From Minisyncoccota bacterium (GTDB taxonomy: Bacteria > Patescibacteriota > Minisyncoccia > Phycocordibacterales > UBA918): a stretch of DNA of 39,160 nt. A program made the position numbers and the translations under genes. Positions 7,936 through 15,104 of this stretch are shown piece by piece (the first letter of the stretch is position 1; every line of letters starts with the position of its first letter). The notes beneath the pieces are model-generated. The model worked only from the letters and a program-made list of their open reading frames with translations, was not told the DNA's origin and made no database searches. The stretch spans positions 1 through 39,160 of the forward strand of contig JAYTZG010000043.1 of the NCBI GenBank assembly GCA_043742005.1. The letters are read 5' to 3'.

Positions 7936-8017
7936 TAGGTTCAAATCAGAATCTTGTTAGGCGAAGTTATATTTGCGTAGTACAGAGGGTTTGAACTTAA
8001 TTAGTTTATACAAAAAC

Positions 8018-8218
8018 ATGCAAACAGGAACTATCGCTCGTTTAAATAATGGGTACGGATTTATCACTCGAGAAAGTGGAGACAAGGATCTTTTCTTTCA
8101 CGTCAACGAACTCCAAGGTGTCGCTTTTGACGACCTTCGAGAAGGAGACAAGGTACAATTCGAAGTTGGTGAAGGTCCAAAAGGCCCTAACGCAACAAAC
8201 GTGAGTAAGGTAGCGTAA
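8018..8218 (+). CDS. cspA: Cold-shock protein (CspA family)
   Basis: MQTGTIARLNNGYGFITRESGDKDLFFHVNEL...GDKVQFEV has RNP1-like (GYGFI) and RNP2-like (FFH) motifs. The ATG at 8018 is preferred over the track's upstream TTG. Confidence 0.9.
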   Translation: MQTGTIARLNNGYGFITRESGDKDLFFHVNELQGVAFDDLREGDKVQFEVGEGPKGPNATNVSKVA

Positions 8219-8235
8219 GTTACACTCAGGTAAAC

Positions 8236-8266
8236 AAAAAGCACCCGCAAGGGTGCTTTTTATTTT
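8236..8266 (+). terminator. Intrinsic terminator after csp
   Basis: aaaaAGCACCCgcaaGGGTGCTttttatttt. Confidence 0.8.
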
Positions 8267-8397
8267 CCTATTTTGCTAGGACCTACGCAAATGAGTGCAA
8301 TTCGAGGCGCTCCAAGCAAAACACGACGAGGTGTACATTGGTACATTGAGGAGTGTTTTGCTAAGGACAACGAAGAAGTGTGCCATTTGCGCAGGTT

Positions 8398-8775
8398 CTA
8401 TTTGCTTCGTTTAAAACAGTCGAGACACTTTAGGTTACTGGTGTCGCGCGGAGTAAAGGGGAGTGATGTGATAGCTCCTCCGCAACCAGCGCATTGCCAG
8501 GAGCCAGAAAACTTTGGCTTGTCACCGGAGTTTGAAGACGGTGCAACAGCTGGACCGAATCCATCATCAAAGTCGGGTTCGCCGGCGAGGCCCGCTTCAA
8601 AGGGAAAGTCGGGAGCTTCTGGAGCTGACGACATTTCCGGTGCTGGTGCAGAACTTCCATCCTTTTGCTTACTGTAGCAAGCGCGACAGGTCAGTCCTGA
8701 CTCACTGCGTGGCTGAAATGGGAGTTCGGTAATCGCTCCTCCGCACGTACTACATTTCCAATTTCCTTGATGCAT
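8398..8775 (-). CDS. Double zinc-ribbon protein (two CxxC-x18-CxxC modules, related to the CxxC-x17-CxxC domain family)
   Basis: The two modules are WKCSTCGGAITELPFQPRSESGLTCRACY and WQCAGCGGAITSLPFTPRDTSNLKCLDCF, separated by an acidic, Pro-rich linker. The overlapping + strand ORF 8273-8677 is judged spurious. Confidence 0.75.
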   Translation of the reverse strand: MHQGNWKCSTCGGAITELPFQPRSESGLTCRACYSKQKDGSSAPAPEMSSAPEAPDFPFEAGLAGEPDFDDGFGPAVAPSSNSGDKPKFSGSWQCAGCGGAITSLPFTPRDTSNLKCLDCFKRSK

Positions 8776-8999
8776 ATTGCTATAACTATTATTTAACGGA
8801 ATACAGTATACCGTATTTGTTTTTGTTGTGTCGATGTCGGTGGTTTCTTGTTAATACAGTTAGTTTTTAGATAGTAGGACACACTGTTGTAGAAAAATTT
8901 GTAAGGAAAGTGCTTGACGTACGACTATTATATGTAGAGGTGTCATAGGTTGCGATATGACAGACACTCTCTCGTCTTACTAATTTATTTAGAAAAAAT

Positions 9000-9989
9000 A
9001 TGACTACAATTCAAAGTACCCTTATAAAAGGGACACTGTTCGCTGTAGGAACAGTCGCCTTGTTCCTTGGTGGAATGCCTGCATTTGCAGCCAGTCCAAC
9101 CTGGGATCTCGAAGGAAGTTACGTTCTTAATATGAACTATCTAGGGAGCGATTATCCGCATGATGTTACGTTAACACAAGACAATCTCGGTGCTCTTGCG
9201 GGAAACGGTGGCAGTCCCGCTAGTGCTAATGTCTACACATGGGTGGTGACTTCGGGTGCTGTAAGTGGAAACACTTTCCACATGTACGCTAACTACACCG
9301 CTACTGCTGATGCCGTGGTACCTCTTACTGTAATGCACCTTGTTGGTGTTGTTGCGTCTGATGGAACACTTTCAGGAACCTGGAGTGATAATTATCAAGG
9401 TGGCGTTAGGACTGGAACATTTGCCTCAAGTGAAGGAGTGGCTTTGCCACTTGGATCACTGGCGGCGGAAGACTTCGGCGTGGTTAACTACGATACTGGC
9501 CTAGGAATCCTTAAGGGCTATACGGCAGGCTTCGGCCTCACTGACGCTACCTTTGCTGGTGTGCAGTCAGTAGTGGTACAGCTCTTTAGCGGAGCAACCT
9601 TGTTGCAAACTAACACTGCAACAGCTCAGGTCGGAGTTGATATCGTAGGCAATCAGATATCATCACCGTTTGATGTTTCAGGAAACTTCAACTACGTTAC
9701 TGATGGCTACTGGACCAATGTCCGTGAGCTGCAGTACGGTCAAAGTACTCCAGCGACTCGTGTCGTAGCAACAGTAGTACTAGCAAACGGTAAGACGGTA
9801 ACCGCTGAGAATCTTATTCTCACCGGCGACCCGACAACAATTTACCCAGTTGTAGTACCACCGGTAGTGACGACACCAACTGATAAGAATCAATGTAAGA
9901 GCGGTGGCTGGAAGACATTCACCACTCCTTCGTACAAGAATCAAGGTCAGTGTGTTGCCAGTACAGTTCGACAGAATCATAGGGACTAG
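9000..9989 (+). CDS. Hypothetical secreted protein
   Basis: Signal peptide ending AFA-AS, a Gly/Thr/Val-rich beta-type sequence, and a C-terminal two-Cys module CKSGGWKTFTTPSYKNQGQCVAS. Confidence 0.7.
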   Translation: MTTIQSTLIKGTLFAVGTVALFLGGMPAFAASPTWDLEGSYVLNMNYLGSDYPHDVTLTQDNLGALAGNGGSPASANVYTWVVTSGAVSGNTFHMYANYTATADAVVPLTVMHLVGVVASDGTLSGTWSDNYQGGVRTGTFASSEGVALPLGSLAAEDFGVVNYDTGLGILKGYTAGFGLTDATFAGVQSVVVQLFSGATLLQTNTATAQVGVDIVGNQISSPFDVSGNFNYVTDGYWTNVRELQYGQSTPATRVVATVVLANGKTVTAENLILTGDPTTIYPVVVPPVVTTPTDKNQCKSGGWKTFTTPSYKNQGQCVASTVRQNHRD

Positions 9990-10003
9990 TGTTTAGTTGA
10001 TTA

Positions 10004-10033
10004 AAACGACCAGCAAAGGCTGGTCGTTTTTTG
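10004..10033 (+). terminator. Intrinsic terminator
   Basis: ACGACCAGCaaagGCTGGTCGTttttt. Confidence 0.8.
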
Positions 10034-10063
10034 TAGTAAGTCAGAAGGGCATTTTAGGAAATG

Positions 10064-10094
10064 ATAAAAGGGGTTCGCGCATAGCGCGAACCCC
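10064..10094 (-). terminator. Intrinsic terminator for the 10095-10643 gene
   Basis: GGGGTTCGCGC-ata-GCGCGAACCCC, with a T-tract on the minus strand (plus-strand ataaaa). Confidence 0.7.
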
Positions 10095-10643
10095 TTAGGT
10101 TTTGAAAGGTGCTGTTACAGTGGTTAGCTTGCGGGCAATCCTTCGGCTGGTGTTTTTGGGCCGCAAGACAATTTCCCGGGTCCTGCGGACTGACCTGGGC
10201 AGGTCACGCAACTTGGCTTTGAACACTCCCCGTTGAGATTTGTAAGTCAGTAACCACATGCAGAGTGTAATGACTCCTGAGTATATCCAATAAGGCTCCG
10301 GCCAAATGATGTAGAGAATGGTGAGCGTTAAAAACGCCGTAACTCCATAGACTCCGCGAAGTACAGCAAACGTACCGAATCGATTTGGTATCTTCGGAGC
10401 TGCCTCAGACGACTCTGACGGGAACACTAACTTATCTTGCAGGAAGTAACCGGACGAGAGGTTAAAAGCGGTCCCCATCGCGACAGCCGGGATAAAGGCT
10501 ATCCAGCTGTTAAAGCTGTAAATGATGCTGTTTTGAATCGCCCAGTCTCCACCACGGGTTATTAGTTGCACCAATAAGTATGGCAGCAAGAGTGCTAATT
10601 TGTGCAGTACGGTAAAGTTTTGCTCCATTTGAAGAACCTCCAT
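10095..10643 (-). CDS. Hypothetical membrane protein, possibly GtrA-like
   Basis: 4 TM segments. AFNLSSGYFLQDKLVF resembles the GtrA-family motif n-x-l-x-r-x-w-v-F. The C-terminus is basic. Confidence 0.4.
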   Translation of the reverse strand: MEVLQMEQNFTVLHKLALLLPYLLVQLITRGGDWAIQNSIIYSFNSWIAFIPAVAMGTAFNLSSGYFLQDKLVFPSESSEAAPKIPNRFGTFAVLRGVYGVTAFLTLTILYIIWPEPYWIYSGVITLCMWLLTYKSQRGVFKAKLRDLPRSVRRTREIVLRPKNTSRRIARKLTTVTAPFKT

Positions 10644-10732
10644 TTTCTACCAAGACAATATCACAACACCCAAAAGCCGCAAGAAATGTATTTCTGCTAT
10701 AATGCCGGTATATTCGTAACTGACACATCGTT

Positions 10733-11083
10733 ATGCAGAAATATTTGATCCTATTTATGGCGCCGGCCGCCAACCTAGAAGAATGGCTGAAGCAACCAGA
10801 AGAGATGCGAAAAGCTGATGAGGAGAAGATGAAGGCACAGTGGGACGCTTGGATGGATGTTAACCGAGCGATGTTTACTGGTATGACGGCCGGTGCGGGT
10901 AAAACTAAACGAGTGACAGAGTCCGGCGCTACTGATGTGAAAAATGACGTGATGCTGTTTTCGATTGTGGAAGCAGAATCCCATGATACTTTGGCCAAAG
11001 CCTTTGAAGGACATCCGCACTTTGGTATTCCGGGAGCGTGGATTGATATCATGCCGGCAAATGCGTTGCTAGGGATGAACTAA
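10733..11083 (+). CDS. Hypothetical small cytoplasmic protein (possible dimeric alpha/beta-barrel fold)
   Basis: 116-aa ORF: MQKYLILFMAP...VMLFSIVEAESHDTLAKAFEGHPHF. The overlapping antisense ORFs were rejected. Confidence 0.55.
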   Translation: MQKYLILFMAPAANLEEWLKQPEEMRKADEEKMKAQWDAWMDVNRAMFTGMTAGAGKTKRVTESGATDVKNDVMLFSIVEAESHDTLAKAFEGHPHFGIPGAWIDIMPANALLGMN

Positions 11084-11097
11084 GAACCCTAGCCTTT

Positions 11098-11340
11098 ATG
11101 CTTTCCCCAAAGAATAATCAACTCCATGGCATTACACTAAAGATGCAGGTGGAAGAACTGGTCGAAAAATACGGCTGGGAAGAGTTGGGACAGAAGATTA
11201 AAATAAAATCATTCCAAAGTTCGCCCAGTGTGAATTCCAGTCTGACTTTTCTTCGTAAGACGCCGTGGGCGCGAGAGAAGGTGGAGGGGCTTTACATTTG
11301 GACATTTTTTAAGCGAGACGGGACGAGGAAGGAGGGGTAA
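11098..11340 (+). CDS. VF530/DUF2132-family putative DNA-binding protein
   Basis: LHGITLKMQVEELVEKYGWEELGQKIKIKSF..SPSVNSSLTFLRKTPWAREKVEGLY matches the DUF2132 consensus closely. Confidence 0.8.
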   Translation: MLSPKNNQLHGITLKMQVEELVEKYGWEELGQKIKIKSFQSSPSVNSSLTFLRKTPWAREKVEGLYIWTFFKRDGTRKEG

Positions 11341-11373
11341 AACGGGGGCGGGCTGACGCCCGCCCCCGTTTTA
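11341..11373 (+). terminator. Strong intrinsic terminator
   Basis: ACGGGGGCGGGC-tgac-GCCCGCCCCCGT (12-bp stem) followed by tttt. Confidence 0.85.
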
Positions 11374-11407
11374 CACAGGTACCATCGTCGCAAGTACGTT
11401 ATACTAT

Positions 11408-12652
11408 ATGCATATGAATACAAATGTTATGAAAAAAGATGTCTTGGCACTGCTCGTGCTGGGAGTCTTGGGCTTCCTTGCCTTTTTACCGTCGACCACA
11501 CATGCGGCGTGTATCTTTACTAAAGACTTACAAGAAGGATCGATGGGGGATGATGTTAAGTGTCTCCAGCAGTACCTCAATGCTAACGGCCACGTTATTG
11601 CAGCAACTGGTCCTGGTTCAGTCGGAAAGGAGACGGGAGAATTTAAGACTCTTACTAAAGCCGCGCTTATCAAGTGGCAAACAGCCAATGGTATTAAGCC
11701 TGCTACAGGATTCTTTGGTCCTCTATCACGGGCTAAGTATCGAGTAGCTGTCGGAGAAGCGACCGCACCAAGCACACCGACCACTCCTTCCGTACCACCA
11801 ACAACCGGAACAACTATCAGTAACGCTGACGTCGCAAAACTAGTAGCTGAAATTACTCGTCTGAAAGCAGAGCTAGCCAAAGCAAAAGCCAACCAGACTG
11901 ACTCAAACAGTAAAGACGATAGTGATGTAAAAGACCGTCTTGGTGAAGTTCTGGATCTTATAGATGACGCCAAAGATGCTATTGATGACCTTGATGACCC
12001 AGACCTTATTAGTGATGCTGAGGATTCCTTAGACGATGCTCGCAATGACTTTGACGATGCCGTACGCGCATTTCTTGACGAAGACTATAGTGATGCCGAG
12101 GACTTCCTAGACGATGCTGAAAACAACGCTGACGATGCCCTAGATATTGCCGGAGCATCTTCAGATGAGAGTGATGCCGAAGATCGCATCGACGAAGTAG
12201 ATGACCGCATCAATGATGTAGAAGATGAGATTCAACAAGCAGACGACGACGGTGAAGCGACCGGCGACTCAGAAGACATTCTGGACGAGGCGAAAGATGT
12301 TCTCGATGACGCACAAGCAGCGTTTGATGACGAAGAGTATGATGACGCACTTGATTTGGCCGACGAAGCTGACGATCTGCTTGACGATGCCATTGATGCA
12401 ATCGGAGATTCAGGTAGTGACGCAGAGGATGCTCTCGATGACGCTTGGGATGATTTTGACGACGCTTGGGATGATGTAAACAACGCTATCGATGATGGCG
12501 ACGATGTCGGAGACGCTGAAGATATCCTTGATGAAGCAGAAGATCTTCTTGATGACGCCGCCGACGCTATTGATGACGGTGACGATAGCGACGCCGAAGA
12601 CCTAATCGATGAGGCACTAGACCTCATTGACGATGCTCTTGGTGAGCTGTAA
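11408..12652 (+). CDS. Secreted peptidoglycan-binding-domain protein with a ~250-aa poly-acidic repeat tail
   Basis: Signal peptide (…PSTTHA), a PG_binding_1-like segment (DDVKCLQQYLNANG...ALIKWQTANGIKPATGFFGPLSRAKY), a P/T linker, a short coiled coil, then degenerate DDAxDAIDD/LDDAxxxFDD repeats to the C-terminus. An alternative start is at 11429 (MKKDVL). Confidence 0.8.
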   Translation: MHMNTNVMKKDVLALLVLGVLGFLAFLPSTTHAACIFTKDLQEGSMGDDVKCLQQYLNANGHVIAATGPGSVGKETGEFKTLTKAALIKWQTANGIKPATGFFGPLSRAKYRVAVGEATAPSTPTTPSVPPTTGTTISNADVAKLVAEITRLKAELAKAKANQTDSNSKDDSDVKDRLGEVLDLIDDAKDAIDDLDDPDLISDAEDSLDDARNDFDDAVRAFLDEDYSDAEDFLDDAENNADDALDIAGASSDESDAEDRIDEVDDRINDVEDEIQQADDDGEATGDSEDILDEAKDVLDDAQAAFDDEEYDDALDLADEADDLLDDAIDAIGDSGSDAEDALDDAWDDFDDAWDDVNNAIDDGDDVGDAEDILDEAEDLLDDAADAIDDGDDSDAEDLIDEALDLIDDALGEL

Positions 12653-12663
12653 TCAGCGCTCAA

Positions 12664-12701
12664 GAAAAACCGCCGGAACCTTTTTGTTCCGGCGGTTTTT
12701 G
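12664..12701. terminator. Bidirectional intrinsic terminator between convergent genes
   Basis: aaaaAACCGCCGGAAC-cttttt-GTTCCGGCGGTTttt. Confidence 0.85.
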
Positions 12702-12703
12702 TC

Positions 12704-13090
12704 TTACGTTGTAAGTAGTCGTTCGACCGCTTTAGCTAATTCGTCACCTGTATCTTCTGGATTCCAAAGTATGAATATGCCGCCGAGTCTTTGAATTTCC
12801 CGTTGTCCTTCTGCTGTCACTGTGTTCGAGTAGATAATGACTGGCTCTTGGTCACCATCCATTCGTAGTTGACGCAAGAAGTCCAAGCCTTCATCTCGGT
12901 CACCAATTTTGTTGGTCAAGATGCATAAGTCAGGTTTCTTTTTTTCCATTAGCGCAGAAAACGCATCAGCAATACAGGCTACTGATCGTAAGGAAATATC
13001 TTTGCCTTTTAGTGCCTCCTTAACCTTTTTGCGCAGGCGTTCTGTGTCTACGACTATGAGAACGTATTTTTGTTTGGGTTGTTCGCCCAT
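12704..13090 (-). CDS. Stand-alone CheY-like receiver domain protein, apparently a pseudo-receiver
   Basis: Receiver-fold pattern: YVLIVVDTE...PDLCILTNK...PVIIYSN. The ATG at 13090 is preceded by AAGGAG at a 7-nt spacing. The expected phospho-acceptor Asp and the conserved Lys appear to be replaced (ILT, NP). Confidence 0.7.
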   Translation of the reverse strand: MGEQPKQKYVLIVVDTERLRKKVKEALKGKDISLRSVACIADAFSALMEKKKPDLCILTNKIGDRDEGLDFLRQLRMDGDQEPVIIYSNTVTAEGQREIQRLGGIFILWNPEDTGDELAKAVERLLTT

Positions 13091-13194
13091 AAGGTACTCC
13101 TTGAGGTTGTCCGAGGGGTAGAGTAACACACCCATGTCCATTGTTTCAACATAACCATCTCTTTGTTGGAGTTTTGACTGATATACTTTTAGAT

Positions 13195-13725
13195 ATGGAA
13201 TATGTTATCGCATTTATTGCCACTATTGATCCGGTTACCAAAACTTTTCTTGCCAGCATGGCCTTGTCATTGTTTCTTGGCTACATCATGGGGGCTGAGA
13301 GAGAGCTTCGACACAAAGATGCGGGTATTAGCACCAACATGTTTGTGGTGTCAGGCTCGATGATTTTCACCTTCCTTTCTATGACAGTTGACCCCGCTTC
13401 TGAGTCCCGTATCGCCGCGCAAATTGTCTCGGGTATTGGTTTTCTAGGTGCTGGTCTTATCCTGCGCAATGGTGAGAGTAATGTCCGCAACCTCACGACT
13501 GCTGCAAGTGTCTGGTATGCCGGTGCGATTGGTATGTTGATTGGATTTGAATTTTATGAGATTGCTACCATCGCCGGTATCGCCGGTGTCTTCATGCCGC
13601 GAGTGCGTCACTTTCAAAATCAAGTTAAGACAATTGGACACGTGGTTGAGGTACCAGAAAAGATGCCAATAAAAAAGATAGAAAAGAAGCCGGTCAAGAA
13701 GCCAACCAAACCTCGTAAAAAATAA
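13195..13725 (+). CDS. mgtC: MgtC/SapB-family membrane protein
   Basis: GAERELRHKDAGISTN...AAQIVSGIGFLGAGLILRNG..VRNLTTAASVWYAGAIGMLIG is typical of MgtC. The C-terminus is K-rich. The ATG at 13195 is preferred. Confidence 0.85.
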   Translation: MEYVIAFIATIDPVTKTFLASMALSLFLGYIMGAERELRHKDAGISTNMFVVSGSMIFTFLSMTVDPASESRIAAQIVSGIGFLGAGLILRNGESNVRNLTTAASVWYAGAIGMLIGFEFYEIATIAGIAGVFMPRVRHFQNQVKTIGHVVEVPEKMPIKKIEKKPVKKPTKPRKK

Positions 13726-13727
13726 AC

Positions 13728-14237
13728 ATGAGCCTAGAAACGGTTAATAAGGTGGGAATATATGCGATGGTTACCCTCGTGGGCATGGTCGTTGCCGCTT
13801 TGTCTGCTTATTACATTCTGGTCGAGTTTATCTACCCACTAAAGAGTCCTGATATTGTGCCAGCGGAATCATTTAGCGGCATTTCTCAAGCGCGGGGACT
13901 GATCGTCGGCATCGAGCGCGACAGTCAGTCTGTTAGTACTACAACTATAGTAGTTATTGTTAACGACGCTGGAGAGGAAAGGCGAGTGAGGGTACCTTTA
14001 AATCCTAGCCTAGATTGTGTCGCTCCAAACATCGCCGATCCGGCGGGATTAATTGTAGGAGACACAATCGACGTTAGGGGTGCTGATGTTGGGAACGAAA
14101 TTTTCCCTTGCAAGGAACCAGAACATCATATGGTTAGAGTCACGTTAGCAATCCCTGCCGTAACTGAAGAAATTATTGTTGCGAGTAGTACTGCGTCGAC
14201 AACTAAAGAGAGTGCTGACACTCCAGTCACTCCGTAA
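13728..14237 (+). CDS. Hypothetical membrane-anchored protein
   Basis: 169-aa ORF starting 3 nt after the MgtC stop. It has an N-terminal TM helix and a small beta-rich ectodomain. Confidence 0.6.
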   Translation: MSLETVNKVGIYAMVTLVGMVVAALSAYYILVEFIYPLKSPDIVPAESFSGISQARGLIVGIERDSQSVSTTTIVVIVNDAGEERRVRVPLNPSLDCVAPNIADPAGLIVGDTIDVRGADVGNEIFPCKEPEHHMVRVTLAIPAVTEEIIVASSTASTTKESADTPVTP

Positions 14238-14238
14238 T

Positions 14239-14763
14239 TTAGTTAGGACAAGTATCGCTTGACCATAGTCCGCTCTCTTTCACGCGAGCGGTTTTTTCAG
14301 CCGCCTTAAAATCGGCTTGGTAAGTGTATGGTTTATCGTAGGTATATTCCCTGGCGTAGCCTCCTTCAACTAGGATTTTGTTTACAAGCGCACCATCAGC
14401 TGTGTAAACGTAAGCCAAGAGACGTCCGTACTTGTCGCGCTCCGCTTGAGTGGGGTCGGTTTCAAGAGAGACAGATTCTCCAGTCAGAAGAGAAGTGGTT
14501 TTGGCTGAGGCTTCTTTACCAAAACATTCTACCGGACCACGAGTTTCGTCGACCTCGGGAGTGTCGATGCCAAGGAGACGAACCTTTTCCTCAGCCCCAT
14601 CCCGGGTAACGGTGATAGTGTCACCGTCAATGATCTGAGTCACTTCGTATAGCCCAGCTGCTTCTTCTGAAGTCGGCGAAGGTGCCGCAGTCGGAGCGTG
14701 GGTAAAGCGCGAAATGATAAAGCCAGCAATGAGAATAATAGCGAAAATCAAACGTTTTTTCAT
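14239..14763 (-). CDS. nuc: Secreted thermonuclease (staphylococcal nuclease/SNase family)
   Basis: Signal peptide, DGDTITV...VRLLGIDTPE, FGKEAS, RDKYGRLLAYVY and GYAREY are all SNase hallmarks. Confidence 0.9.
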   Translation of the reverse strand: MKKRLIFAIILIAGFIISRFTHAPTAAPSPTSEEAAGLYEVTQIIDGDTITVTRDGAEEKVRLLGIDTPEVDETRGPVECFGKEASAKTTSLLTGESVSLETDPTQAERDKYGRLLAYVYTADGALVNKILVEGGYAREYTYDKPYTYQADFKAAEKTARVKESGLWSSDTCPN

Positions 14764-14819
14764 GACTACAGTATAACAAGTCGCTTGGTAACGGAGGCTT
14801 CTTTTGAGTTAGTAACACC

Positions 14820-15059
14820 ATGGCATTTTATCAGGGTCAAGACGCGGTATTATTATTGTATATGGAGAGACAACTTCTCTACAGTGACAACGAATACGCT
14901 CGCGTGAAATGGTTTTTAATTAGTAGTGGCCGCGAAGGAACGATTGATGATATCTTGTGCGTAACGAGGCAAGGAATTATAAAAGCCGCTCAGATACAAG
15001 AACAGTTACATCAAGATGGAATTGTCGACTTGAACGAGGTCCGAGAGTTTGATGAGTAG
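14820..15059 (+). CDS. Hypothetical small protein
   Basis: 79-aa ORF followed directly by a strong terminator. Confidence 0.5.
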   Translation: MAFYQGQDAVLLLYMERQLLYSDNEYARVKWFLISSGREGTIDDILCVTRQGIIKAAQIQEQLHQDGIVDLNEVREFDE

Positions 15060-15063
15060 ATAA

Positions 15064-15095
15064 GAAAAAGGCCGGCGTATACGCCGGCCTTTTTC
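15064..15095. terminator. Bidirectional intrinsic terminator
   Basis: aaaaAGGCCGGCGtataCGCCGGCCTtttt, between convergent genes. Confidence 0.85.
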
Positions 15096-15104
15096 AATCT
15101 TCTT

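Noticed and set aside
8273-8677. 134-aa + strand ORF
   Set aside because: It is antisense to the double zinc-ribbon gene, whose duplicated CxxC modules give clear protein signal. The + frame gives low-complexity Ser/Gly/Ala/Pro sequence.
10510-11052. 180-aa and 81-aa minus-strand ORFs
   Set aside because: They overlap the 10733-11083 + gene and the 10095-10643 gene and have no domain-like sequence.
11404-12663. Long minus-strand ORFs (213 aa and 143 aa) and short + strand alternate-frame ORFs across the acidic-repeat gene
   Set aside because: They are Ser/Ala-rich mirror-image products of the GAT/GAC/GCN repeat DNA. The + frame with signal peptide and PG-binding domain is the real gene.
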